Source: an uncultured Gammaproteobacteria bacterium
GTDB taxonomy: Bacteria > Patescibacteriota > Microgenomatia > Levybacterales > UBA12049
DNA length: 46,166 nt
NCBI GenBank assembly: GCA_964628435.1
Contig: CAZVON010000002.1
Location: 26,179-72,344 of the forward strand
Reading direction: 5' to 3'
Positions within the stretch are counted from its first letter, which is position 1, and every line of letters starts with the position of its first letter. A model generated the notes under the pieces. That model was not told the origin of the DNA, ran no database searches, and worked only from the letters and a program-made list of their open reading frames with translations. The translations under genes and the position numbers were made by a program. Shown here in pieces: positions 10,244 to 19,187 of the stretch.

Positions 10244-11740
10244 CTAGAGTTTCTCTGTTACTTTATATTCAATACGTTTTCCAAACATAAGTTGTGTATG
10301 AGAAATAAGTGCTGGAAGTGTTGAAAGGAAAAATCCAACAACTGGTAATAAAACAAATTCAAGAGGAAATAAAAATTGTCGCGCTTTTGGCATTGGTGTC
10401 GTAGTCTTGTGGCGATTTCTAAAATCGATAATAATCATGCATAAAAGAGCAAATAAACAAGAAGTAAGGATAACCCCAGCAAGCCGTGGTAAGTTATATC
10501 CAAGGGTGGTTCGAGAGAAGACAGGGTTAACAAACGGCATAACATTCGCTGCTATTGTTATTATAAACCAATTTACTGGCCAGAGAAAGTGTTCTAAGAG
10601 CACATTATAAAGCATGATTGTTTTTCTCATAAATGGAACGTTTGGTACCGTGAACCACCATTTAATAAAGAGTGGATCGTCTGATACTCCCCATGACCAT
10701 CTCAGTTCTTGATTGTATTTATTTTTAAGACTTTTAAAGTAACTTGATGAAAGAGGCGCATCCATAGACGTTTTGAGAAAGATAGGTTCTGCCCATAATT
10801 GACCTTTCATTTTATAAAATGCCTTAAAAAAGATTCGGTAATCTTCTGGGATAACATCAACATCCCAATATCCAATTTTATGAAGGAGTGAAAAAGAAAG
10901 AGAATATGTAGAGTTTGCAATAAGACGATCTTTTTGTACGAGCACTGCTGTTCTCCACAAGCTGCCAAAAAACGATAAGATTCGAACCGGCGCAGGGACA
11001 TGCCAGAAGTTATTATAATTTACATTTGCTGATTGCCAAAATTTATTATATCGTTTAGGATCAGTGAGAAATTTATAGGTAAGATAAGCGAAATATTGTT
11101 TATCGAATATCGAATCTGCATCAACTGAAGAAACAGTTGCAAAGTTAAGATTCGCTTTTCCTGTTTTGATAAGCGTGTCATATGCTACTTTTCCTGCATA
11201 CGCTTCGTTTGATGATTTCCCTTTTACCTCGCCAATAAGATCTGGATGATAGGTGGCAAAAATGCTTCCAAACATATGCTTAAATTCCTGAATCAATATA
11301 TCTGCTTTTTCTTGTGCATCTGATTCTCGCTTTTCCATCGCAAGGATAACATGGAGGTGTTTTAGAGGAAGTGTTTGTTGGGCAAACGACTGAATAGAAG
11401 ATTTTAGTTTATGAACAGATTCTTTGTAATTAGGGATAATAATAATATGATGAACTTTTTTTGCGTCTGGTAGTAGTTGTGCTTTTACTAGCCAATCAAT
11501 CTTTTCTGCTTCGGCAATTTTTTTAGAGGCGATGTGCGCAGTAACAACTAAGGTAAATGACTTATAAAACCAATAAATATCAAAAAACAAAATAAAGTAC
11601 GCAATAACCTGGGGAATAAAAAAAGACCCCCAGAGAGGAGAGAGAATAAGAGCCCAAGAGAAAAATCCAGGTACCATTTCTAGAGCTCGTCTCGTTTTAA
11701 TTGGATATCGATCAAAAATATATTGAAAAAACGGTGTCAT
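10244..11740 (-). CDS. GT2-family membrane glycosyltransferase
   Basis: IIPNYKE, GKSSN, DADS (DxD), PEDY, QELRW (QxxRW); N- and C-terminal TM helices. Confidence 0.85.
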   Translation of the reverse strand: MTPFFQYIFDRYPIKTRRALEMVPGFFSWALILSPLWGSFFIPQVIAYFILFFDIYWFYKSFTLVVTAHIASKKIAEAEKIDWLVKAQLLPDAKKVHHIIIIPNYKESVHKLKSSIQSFAQQTLPLKHLHVILAMEKRESDAQEKADILIQEFKHMFGSIFATYHPDLIGEVKGKSSNEAYAGKVAYDTLIKTGKANLNFATVSSVDADSIFDKQYFAYLTYKFLTDPKRYNKFWQSANVNYNNFWHVPAPVRILSFFGSLWRTAVLVQKDRLIANSTYSLSFSLLHKIGYWDVDVIPEDYRIFFKAFYKMKGQLWAEPIFLKTSMDAPLSSSYFKSLKNKYNQELRWSWGVSDDPLFIKWWFTVPNVPFMRKTIMLYNVLLEHFLWPVNWFIITIAANVMPFVNPVFSRTTLGYNLPRLAGVILTSCLFALLCMIIIDFRNRHKTTTPMPKARQFLFPLEFVLLPVVGFFLSTLPALISHTQLMFGKRIEYKVTEKL

Positions 11741-11744
11741 ATTT

Positions 11745-12566
11745 TTATGATTTAATTTGTGAACGCTTCGTGTTTAGTTTAAAGAGAGTTTCTACATTCT
11801 GTTTTACATGAGTGTTTAACTCTTCAAAAGAAATACCTTTAAGCTTTGCCATAAATTCTCCTATAAGTATAGCATATTGAGGTTCATTTCTCGTACCGCG
11901 ATGAGGTTCAGGGGTTAGGTATGGACTGTCGGTTTCAATAACAATCCGATCAAGTGGTGTATGACGGGCAAGATCTTTGAGGGTGGTGTTTTCTCCTGGA
12001 GCCAGTCCTTTATAGGTGATATTGCCGTCAAAACCAATATAAAATCCCATTTGCAAAGCAGATTTTAATACGTCCATACTACCGGAGAAGCAATGAAACA
12101 TACCTGGGATAGTTAAGAGGTTAGCGCTATAAGCTTTGAGGATTTCAATAATATGATTTCCCGCATGGCGGTTATGGATCTGCAGGGGCAATTTTAATCT
12201 ATGAGCCAGCGCTATCTGTTTGCTAAATACTTCTTTTTGCTGTTTTGGGTCAACAATACCATTTGATTTGTAAGAATAGTAATCCATGCCAATTTCGCCA
12301 ATTGCTACAACTTTCGGATTGTTGGTTAATGCTTCCAGTTTTTCTTCCCAGCCTTCTCTGATCTTATCAGCATGGTGAGGGTGCACTCCAACAATCGCAT
12401 AGAGGTTTTCGTATTGATTGGCGAGTCTGACTGCCCACTCACTTGAATCAATTTTTGTGCCAACATTGATGATCGCTTTAACGCCAGCTTGGGTGGCATT
12501 TTTAATAACCTGATCATAATCGTTTTGAAAAGACTTAAAATTCAAATGGCAATGGACATCAATCAT
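11745..12566 (-). CDS. tatD: TatD-family nuclease
   Basis: MIDVHCHL, GVHPH, AIGEIGMD, IHNR, HCFSG, IETDSPYL; downstream of metG. Confidence 0.93.
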   Translation of the reverse strand: MIDVHCHLNFKSFQNDYDQVIKNATQAGVKAIINVGTKIDSSEWAVRLANQYENLYAIVGVHPHHADKIREGWEEKLEALTNNPKVVAIGEIGMDYYSYKSNGIVDPKQQKEVFSKQIALAHRLKLPLQIHNRHAGNHIIEILKAYSANLLTIPGMFHCFSGSMDVLKSALQMGFYIGFDGNITYKGLAPGENTTLKDLARHTPLDRIVIETDSPYLTPEPHRGTRNEPQYAILIGEFMAKLKGISFEELNTHVKQNVETLFKLNTKRSQIKS

Positions 12567-12567
12567 A

Positions 12568-12602
12568 CTAGATGAATTATGAATTAAGATTTATAAATTA
12601 TG
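12568..12602. repeat. Degenerate heptamer tandem tract (ATGAATT-type) filling the metG-tatD spacer
   Basis: ATGAATT ATGAATT AAGATTT ATAAATT on the + strand. Confidence 0.55.
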
Positions 12603-14034
12603 CAAGTCTTGGAAAAAGAGGTTTTTGGGAACGAATAGGACCTTTAAATTGTTGTTGGATTTTTTGGGCGGTTTCTGGGAGAAAAAGTTCAAGGGCCTTC
12701 ACTATAGCTATGACTTTAGGGAGAATTTCTAGAAGAGTTTTTTTTCTTTCTGATACTTCTTGTTTCCATGGTTGTTTAATATTAATAAAAACATCTATAT
12801 CTTTGATTTCTCGCCAGATTTCTTCTAGTGCCAAGTTAAATTCAAAATGTTGTATGTGTTCGTAATAGCCTCCTTTTTTTAAGTTACTGAATGTTACAGA
12901 GGAAGATTTTAGTTCATTCTCAAGCTCAATACTTTCACAAAGCTTAGCTACTCTAGCCACTAAGTTACCAAGTCCATTCGCAAGATCTGCGTTATATACT
13001 TCTTTGAATTTTTCTTCTGAAAAATCTCCGTCAGAAAACGGAGAAATTTTTGCAAGCAGATAATACCGAACCGCATCCGCACCATACTTTTCAATAAGTA
13101 CATTCGGATCAATGACATTTCCGAGCGTTTTGGACATTTTTTGTCCATTTACCGTGATATATTCATGTACAAAAATACTTTTAGGTAATGGTAATTCAGC
13201 AGCCAAGAGAAACGCAGGCCAGTATACAGCATGGAAGCGAAGAATTCCTTTACCGATAACATGCAAATTTACAGGACTCCATTTTTTAAATTTTTTTTCT
13301 TCTGTTCCAAATCCAATACCACTGTGATAAATATTTAACGCATCAAACCAAACGTACATACGTTGTGAATTATCACCTGGTACTGGTACTCCCCAATTTT
13401 TTGCCCGAGCATTTGAGCGAGAGATACTAATATCTTTAAGTCCTGCTTTAAGAAAAGAAAGCACTTCTTGTTTTCTATGAGATGGAATAATGATAATTTG
13501 ATCAGTTGCGATTATTTTTTCTAACTCTTGTTGGAACTCTGATAGTTTAAAAAAATAATTTTCTTCTGATACTTCGTCCAATTTTCTGCCAGGATGTTCA
13601 AAGCATTCTTGATTTTCGTTCAATTCTCCTGCTTCATAAAAAAGCTCACATCCTACACAATAAAGTCCAGTATAATTTCGTTTATCAATATAGCCGTGTT
13701 TAGAGCATAGTTCCCATAACTTTTGGGATGAGGTATGATGTTTAGCATCACTTCCCTTTTGCCATACATCAAACTGCACATTGAGTTTTTTTGAAAGGTC
13801 ATAAAACGCTTGTGTATTGGTATCAACAAATTGTTGTATCTGAATACCAGCTTGTTCTGCTGCCTGGACGTTTTTGAGCGCATTTTCATCTCCCCCGCAT
13901 AACAGAAGCGTTTCGTCACCAATAAGTCGGTGGAATCGAGCGATTACATCAGACTGAATAAATTCTAAGGCATGGCCGATATGTGGTTTGGCATTCACAT
14001 ACGGAATTGAATTGGCAATGTAAAATTTCTTCAT
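12598..14034 (-). CDS. metG: Methionyl-tRNA synthetase (short form, no C-terminal tRNA-binding appendix)
   Basis: PYVNAKPHIGH, CVGCE...CFEH knuckle, YVWFDAL, KMSKT, DLANGLGNL. Confidence 0.96.
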   Translation of the reverse strand: MKKFYIANSIPYVNAKPHIGHALEFIQSDVIARFHRLIGDETLLLCGGDENALKNVQAAEQAGIQIQQFVDTNTQAFYDLSKKLNVQFDVWQKGSDAKHHTSSQKLWELCSKHGYIDKRNYTGLYCVGCELFYEAGELNENQECFEHPGRKLDEVSEENYFFKLSEFQQELEKIIATDQIIIIPSHRKQEVLSFLKAGLKDISISRSNARAKNWGVPVPGDNSQRMYVWFDALNIYHSGIGFGTEEKKFKKWSPVNLHVIGKGILRFHAVYWPAFLLAAELPLPKSIFVHEYITVNGQKMSKTLGNVIDPNVLIEKYGADAVRYYLLAKISPFSDGDFSEEKFKEVYNADLANGLGNLVARVAKLCESIELENELKSSSVTFSNLKKGGYYEHIQHFEFNLALEEIWREIKDIDVFINIKQPWKQEVSERKKTLLEILPKVIAIVKALELFLPETAQKIQQQFKGPIRSQKPLFPRLA

Positions 14035-14040
14035 GGTGGA

Positions 14041-14070
14041 ATTTTACCAGAGAATGTACGTATCAAGCAA
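14041..14070 (-). promoter_or_regulatory. Extended -10 promoter giving a leaderless metG transcript
   Basis: Minus strand TGgTAAAAT (-10 at 14046-14041), 6 nt before the ATG; TTGCTT at 18-nt spacing. Confidence 0.55.
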
Positions 14071-14071
14071 G

Positions 14072-14404
14072 CTATCGTTTTTTAAACGATAAGACCAGAA
14101 GAATAAAAACAGTTGCCAAAAGAATAACAAAAAAAGGATGCGTAAGATTAAGTAGTCGTAAAGTTAAATACGACACGCAAAAAAAACTACCCAAAAATGC
14201 AAATCGACCATTGTTAAAAATATATGTTAATAATGAGAAACTTGTTAAAAAAAGCAGCAAAAGAAAAACAGGGATATATGAAAGCTGGTAATGCTGTAAA
14301 GAAAAAATAGCAATTGGAGGGATAAAATACGCAATATACAAAAGAGCGGCAGAAGAGATAAGAAAGAGAGCTAAGGAAAAAAATGATCGATTTTTTTGCT
14401 TCAC
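14072..14404 (-). CDS. Small 4-TM hypothetical membrane protein
   Basis: GTG start, four hydrophobic segments, basic termini. Confidence 0.65.
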   Translation of the reverse strand: MKQKNRSFFSLALFLISSAALLYIAYFIPPIAIFSLQHYQLSYIPVFLLLLFLTSFSLLTYIFNNGRFAFLGSFFCVSYLTLRLLNLTHPFFVILLATVFILLVLSFKKR

Positions 14405-14512
14405 GGTACATAAAGTTTAACATACCTTATATTGTCAGAGGGTCACTTTATACGTGATATTTGTTGCGAAAATTTCTTATAGAGCAGATTTAATAACCCA
14501 TCAAATGACCCC

Positions 14513-14549
14513 TTGACACGTTTTGGCAGTCATGATATGATACTGCTAA
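14513..14549 (+). promoter_or_regulatory. hrcA promoter with overlapping CIRCE operator
   Basis: TTGACA (14513-14518), 17 nt, TATGAT (14536-14541); TTGGCAGTC-N9-TACTGCTAA (14523-14549) matches CIRCE geometry. Confidence 0.85.
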
Positions 14550-14556
14550 TCGCAAT

Positions 14557-15288
14557 ATGCACGATCTTACTCAGCGTCAAGTTGAAATTCTGAAGAGCCT
14601 TATCGAAGAATATATTAATACTGCAGAGCCAGTTGGATCAGAAACTCTTGAAAAGAAACACAATTTAAGCGCATCCCCAGCAACAATTCGCAACGAAATG
14701 GTACGGTTAACGGAACTTGGCTACTTAAAAAAACCTCACACGTCTGCTGGTCGTATACCAACCTCTCGTGGGATGAAATTTTATGTAAAGCAACTGATGA
14801 AAGAAAAAGAGCTTTCAGTTGCAGAGGAAGTTGCGTTAAAAGAACGTTTGTGGGACTACAGAGATAAAACACAAGTATTTCTTAAAGAATTAACCAAGAC
14901 ACTTGCAGATAAAACCAAGACACTTGCAGTTGCTACCACGAATAAAGGAGATGTTTATTGTTCAGGGTATGCCAACATATTAGAAATGCCAGAATTTTTT
15001 GATATCGATGTTACTAAAACATTGCTTTCAGCCATTGACGAATTTGAATATTTTCGCGCTATAGTAGCAAATGTTATAGATGAAGAAGATATTCATGTGC
15101 TTCTTGGAGAAGATCTTGGGCCAAAATTGCCTGCCAATTATGGATTTGTCTTTACTCATTATGAAACACCGATGAATTTAAGTGGAGAAATTGGAGTGAT
15201 TGGCCCGGTACGATTGAATTACAACCATGTATTTCCTACGCTTCGAGTTTTTAGAAACTTAATGATAGAAATAGCACGAGGATGGTAA
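14557..15288 (+). CDS. hrcA: Heat-inducible transcription repressor HrcA (short form)
   Basis: LTQRQVEILK...AEPVGS, SPATIRNEM, PHTSAGRIPT, GVIGPVRLNY; precedes grpE-dnaK-dnaJ. Confidence 0.95.
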   Translation: MHDLTQRQVEILKSLIEEYINTAEPVGSETLEKKHNLSASPATIRNEMVRLTELGYLKKPHTSAGRIPTSRGMKFYVKQLMKEKELSVAEEVALKERLWDYRDKTQVFLKELTKTLADKTKTLAVATTNKGDVYCSGYANILEMPEFFDIDVTKTLLSAIDEFEYFRAIVANVIDEEDIHVLLGEDLGPKLPANYGFVFTHYETPMNLSGEIGVIGPVRLNYNHVFPTLRVFRNLMIEIARGW

Positions 15289-15301
15289 GGAACAGAAAAC
15301 A

Positions 15302-15805
15302 ATGGTAAAAGACGATCAAAAGTTAAAAAAAGAAGAAAAAGAGATAGACGAAGAACACGATAAAAAAGAAGTTGAGCAGTTAAATCAAAAAGTCGAAGAA
15401 TTAGAAAATAAGTATAAGCGGGCATTAGCTGATTATCAGAATTTACAAAAAAGAGTAGGAGAAGAAAAAAGTGATTGGATTAAGAGCGCGAACAAGCAGA
15501 TACTCTTGCGTTTACTGTCAGTTTTAGATACACTTATGCTTGCAAGCGGGCATAGTAGCGATGCGTCATTAAAGGTAAGTGTTCAGCTCTTTTTAGATGT
15601 TTTAAAACAAGAAGGGGTAGTAAAGGTAGAAACAACTGGAGAGGAATTTGATCCTCGTACCATGGAATGTGTAGAAGTAAAAGAAGGGGAAGACGGAAAA
15701 GTAATGCAAGAAACGCGTGCAGGGTTTTTGTTACATGATAAAGTATTGCGGCCAGCATTAGTGGTAGTAGGGAAAAAGAGTAAAGAGGATAGAGCTAATA
15801 GTTAA
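15302..15805 (+). CDS. grpE: Nucleotide exchange factor GrpE
   Basis: [36 protein letters not shown]. Confidence 0.95.
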   Translation: MVKDDQKLKKEEKEIDEEHDKKEVEQLNQKVEELENKYKRALADYQNLQKRVGEEKSDWIKSANKQILLRLLSVLDTLMLASGHSSDASLKVSVQLFLDVLKQEGVVKVETTGEEFDPRTMECVEVKEGEDGKVMQETRAGFLLHDKVLRPALVVVGKKSKEDRANS

Positions 15806-15819
15806 AAAATACATCAACT

Positions 15820-17739
15820 ATGGGAAAAATAATTGGTATTGATTTAGGTACAACAAATTCGTGTATGGCAGTTATGGAAGGTGGAACTCCGAAAGTAATC
15901 CACTCTGCAGAAGGCCGGAATGTTGTTCCATCTGTGGTTGATCCGATTTCTCACGTAGTAGGAGATGTGGCAAAACGTCAGATGGTATTAAAACCTAAGC
16001 GCACTGTTTTTTCGGTAAAACGGTTAATGGGTCGCAAGTTTAACGATGAATCAGTACAACGTGATATAAAATGGCTTCCATATACTGTTAAAACAGGTCG
16101 AGATGGGATGGCAGTAGTAGAAGTAGAAGGAAAAACATTTACTCCTCAAGAAATTTCTGCAATGATTTTGCAGAAAATAAAGTCAGATGCAGAGAGTTAC
16201 CTTGGACAAAAAGTGACCCAAGCAGTTATTACCGTTCCTGCTTACTTTGACGATAGTCAACGACAAGCAACAAAACAAGCAGGAGAAATTGCCGGTCTTG
16301 AAGTTTTGCGAATTATTAATGAGCCAACTGCGGCAGCGCTCTCATATGGACTCGACAAGAAAAATGCGCATACAATTGCGGTATATGATTTAGGAGGAGG
16401 GACATTTGATATTTCGATTCTTGAGCTAGGTGAAGGAGTTTATGAAGTAAAGTCGACCAATGGAGATACTCATCTAGGAGGAGATGACTTTGATCAAAGA
16501 ATCATAGATTATATTGCTGAAGAGTTCAAAAAAGAGCATGGTATTGATCTTCGGAAAGACTCACAGGCGCTACAACGACTCAAAGAGTCTGCGGAAAAAG
16601 CAAAAATAGAACTGTCAAGTTCACAAGAAGCATCAATTAATCAACCATTTATAACCCAAGGGAAAGAAGGGCCACTTCATTTAACCATGACTTTAACCCG
16701 AGCAAAACTTGAACAATTGGTTGATGCTTTAATTCAAAAGACACTCAAACCAGTTGAACTTGCGCTCAAAGATGCAAAAATGAAAGCGTCTGATGTGGAT
16801 GAAATAGTACTGGTAGGCGGAATGACGCGCATGCCAAAGATTGTTGAGACAGTAACTAAGTTTTTTGGTAAAGAGCCAAATAAATCAGTCAATCCAGACG
16901 AGGTAGTAGCAGTTGGCGCTGCGGTACAAGCAGGAGTTTTAGGAGGAGAAGTAAAAGATGTACTCCTTCTTGATGTGACTCCCCTTACATTGGGTCTTGA
17001 AACATTAGGGGGGGTTATGACTTCTTTGATTAGTCGCAATACCACTATTCCAACGTCTAAATCTCAGGTATTCTCAACTGCTGCAGACAACCAAACACAA
17101 GTAGAAATAAATGTACTTCAAGGGGAACGACCCATGGCTCATGATAATAAATCACTGGGAAGATTTATCTTAGATGGTATTCCTCCAGCACCTCGTGGTG
17201 TTTCTCAAATAGAAGTGACTTTTGATATTGATGCAAATGGTATTTTGAATGTTCGCGCGCAGGATAAGGCATCTGGTAAAGAACAAAGTATTAAAATTAC
17301 TGGTTCAACAGGGTTAACCAAAGAAGAAGTCGAGCGCATGACCAAAGATGCAGAAATGCATGCTCAAGAAGATCAGGAGAAAAAAGAGCGAATCGAAGCA
17401 CGAAACGCAGCAGACTCGATGATTTTTACTGCAGAGAAATCCCTCAAAGACGTGGGAGATAACGTAGACGAGTCTTTGAAAAAAGAAGTCCAAGAAAAAA
17501 TTGATGGCTTAAAAGCAATTCTTGAGTCAGGAACAAAAGAAGATTTAGAAGCAAAAACCAAGGATCTTTCAGAGAGTCTGCAAAAAATTGGTCAGGCAAT
17601 GTATGCTTCGAAAGCTTCGGCGCAAGATCAATCACAACAACGAACGAGCGATCGAGAAGATTCTGATACAACAAACGGAGAACACAAACAAGACAAGAAA
17701 GAGAAAGATGAACCCGTTGAAGGCGAAGTGGTAAATTGA
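15820..17739 (+). CDS. dnaK: Chaperone DnaK (Hsp70)
   Basis: [42 protein letters not shown]. Confidence 0.99.
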   Translation: MGKIIGIDLGTTNSCMAVMEGGTPKVIHSAEGRNVVPSVVDPISHVVGDVAKRQMVLKPKRTVFSVKRLMGRKFNDESVQRDIKWLPYTVKTGRDGMAVVEVEGKTFTPQEISAMILQKIKSDAESYLGQKVTQAVITVPAYFDDSQRQATKQAGEIAGLEVLRIINEPTAAALSYGLDKKNAHTIAVYDLGGGTFDISILELGEGVYEVKSTNGDTHLGGDDFDQRIIDYIAEEFKKEHGIDLRKDSQALQRLKESAEKAKIELSSSQEASINQPFITQGKEGPLHLTMTLTRAKLEQLVDALIQKTLKPVELALKDAKMKASDVDEIVLVGGMTRMPKIVETVTKFFGKEPNKSVNPDEVVAVGAAVQAGVLGGEVKDVLLLDVTPLTLGLETLGGVMTSLISRNTTIPTSKSQVFSTAADNQTQVEINVLQGERPMAHDNKSLGRFILDGIPPAPRGVSQIEVTFDIDANGILNVRAQDKASGKEQSIKITGSTGLTKEEVERMTKDAEMHAQEDQEKKERIEARNAADSMIFTAEKSLKDVGDNVDESLKKEVQEKIDGLKAILESGTKEDLEAKTKDLSESLQKIGQAMYASKASAQDQSQQRTSDREDSDTTNGEHKQDKKEKDEPVEGEVVN

Positions 17740-17772
17740 GGGGAAATAGAAAACAGCACAGAGGAAAAGAGA

Positions 17773-17798
17773 AAATAAGCGCGTATGAGCGCTTATTT
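17773..17798 (+). terminator. Perfect 10-bp hairpin after dnaK (terminator/attenuator or stabilising stem)
   Basis: AAATAAGCGC-GTATGA-GCGCTTATTT; weak U tract; TATAAT at 17803-17808 follows. Confidence 0.5.
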
Positions 17799-17910
17799 GT
17801 TATATAATACATTTACTGAAATAAAAGGTCGTACGGTTGTTCGTAATTATTTAGTTTTTTTTGATCGAACCAACTAACTCGTCACTCATAACGAAAAGGA
17901 GTTTTTAAAA

Positions 17911-18774
17911 ATGGCAAACGCAAAAGATTATTATCAGATATTAAGTGTTTCTAAAAATGCAACACCAGAAGAAATAAAAAAGGCATATCGAAGACTGGCA
18001 TTGCAATATCATCCAGATCGAAACAAAACCAAAGAGGCAGAAGTAAAATTCAAGGAAGTAACTCAAGCCTACGAAGTACTTTCTGATCCTCAAAAAAAGC
18101 AGACATATGATCAATTTGGATCTTCGGCCTTTGAGCAAGGTGCGGGACAAGGTCCTTTTGGCGGAGGGTATACTGGCAGATATGGACCATTTAGCTATTC
18201 ATATACTACGTCAGGTGGACCAGAAGGATTTGATTTTGGCGGATTTTCAGACCCCTTTGAAATATTTGAACAATTTTTTGGCGGGGCAGCCCGTCAAAGG
18301 CGTCCTGTCTACTCACTTACCATTGATTTTATGGAAGCAGTTCACGGGACAGAGAAAAAGGTGACCATTAACGGTAAGTCTCAAACCATTAAGATTCCAG
18401 CAGGAGTTGACGATGGATCTCGGATTCGGTTTGGTGAGTATGATGTGGTAATAGAAATCAGATCAGATCAGCGTTTTAGGAGAGAAGGATATGATATTAT
18501 TACTCAGGAAGAGATCTCATTTGCCAAAGCAGCCCTTGGAGATACTATTACGGTTGAAACAATAGATGGTCCGGTAAAAGTTCGAGTACCGTCAGGTACT
18601 CAGCCAGATACACTTATACGATTGCGGGTAAAGGGAGTACCTCATCTTCGAGGAAGTGGTCGGGGAGATCATTATGTACGAATAAAAGTGATAGTGCCAA
18701 AAAGTTTATCAGGTAAACAAAAACAGCTTCTTGAAGAATTTGAACAAGAAGGTACCAAAAAAGGGTGGTTTTAA
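17911..18774 (+). CDS. dnaJ: DnaJ chaperone, class II (no zinc finger)
   Basis: J domain with HPD, G/F-rich region, C-terminal domains; no CxxCxGxG repeats; SD AAGGAG at 17896-17901. Confidence 0.9.
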   Translation: MANAKDYYQILSVSKNATPEEIKKAYRRLALQYHPDRNKTKEAEVKFKEVTQAYEVLSDPQKKQTYDQFGSSAFEQGAGQGPFGGGYTGRYGPFSYSYTTSGGPEGFDFGGFSDPFEIFEQFFGGAARQRRPVYSLTIDFMEAVHGTEKKVTINGKSQTIKIPAGVDDGSRIRFGEYDVVIEIRSDQRFRREGYDIITQEEISFAKAALGDTITVETIDGPVKVRVPSGTQPDTLIRLRVKGVPHLRGSGRGDHYVRIKVIVPKSLSGKQKQLLEEFEQEGTKKGWF

Positions 18775-18852
18775 CTATGCAAAGACTCATTCCTCTTATT
18801 CACTTTTACTTTGACAGAAAATCCTCATAAGTTTCTTAGAAAGTATTTTCTC

Positions 18853-18881
18853 TAGATTTCGTTTATGCCCTGTGTTACTAT
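18853..18881 (+). promoter_or_regulatory. Extended -10 promoter, leaderless start of the pilin locus
   Basis: TAGATT, 17 nt, TGtTACTAT (-10 at 18876-18881), 6 nt before ATG 18888. Confidence 0.5.
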
Positions 18882-18887
18882 TGATAT

Positions 18888-19181
18888 ATGGCGTGTGCAT
18901 CGTCTGAAGTTTTAACGGATCTTGGATGTATTCCTTCAGATCCAGTTGGGTTTGTGGGGAAATTCTATGGTATAGGACTTAGTATTATTGGTGGTGTGGC
19001 AGTGCTTTTTATTATTTATGGAGGATATCTTATCTTAACATCCAAAGGAAATCCGACTCAGCTTGCTCAAGGTAAAAGTACCGTAATGTACGCCATTGTT
19101 GGGTTGCTTTTGGCAATTTTTGGATTTGTGATTACTCAGATAATAACCGTTAACGTTTTGCAACTGCCTGGAGTAAGTTAG
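18888..19181 (+). CDS. TrbC/VirB2-like pilin (CPR T4SS-pilin type)
   Basis: Two hydrophobic helices with GGVAVLFIIYGGYLILTSKGNP...GKSTVMYAIVGLLLA, the pattern of CPR VirB2-like pilins. Confidence 0.75.
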   Translation: MACASSEVLTDLGCIPSDPVGFVGKFYGIGLSIIGGVAVLFIIYGGYLILTSKGNPTQLAQGKSTVMYAIVGLLLAIFGFVITQIITVNVLQLPGVS

Positions 19182-19187
19182 TAAAGC

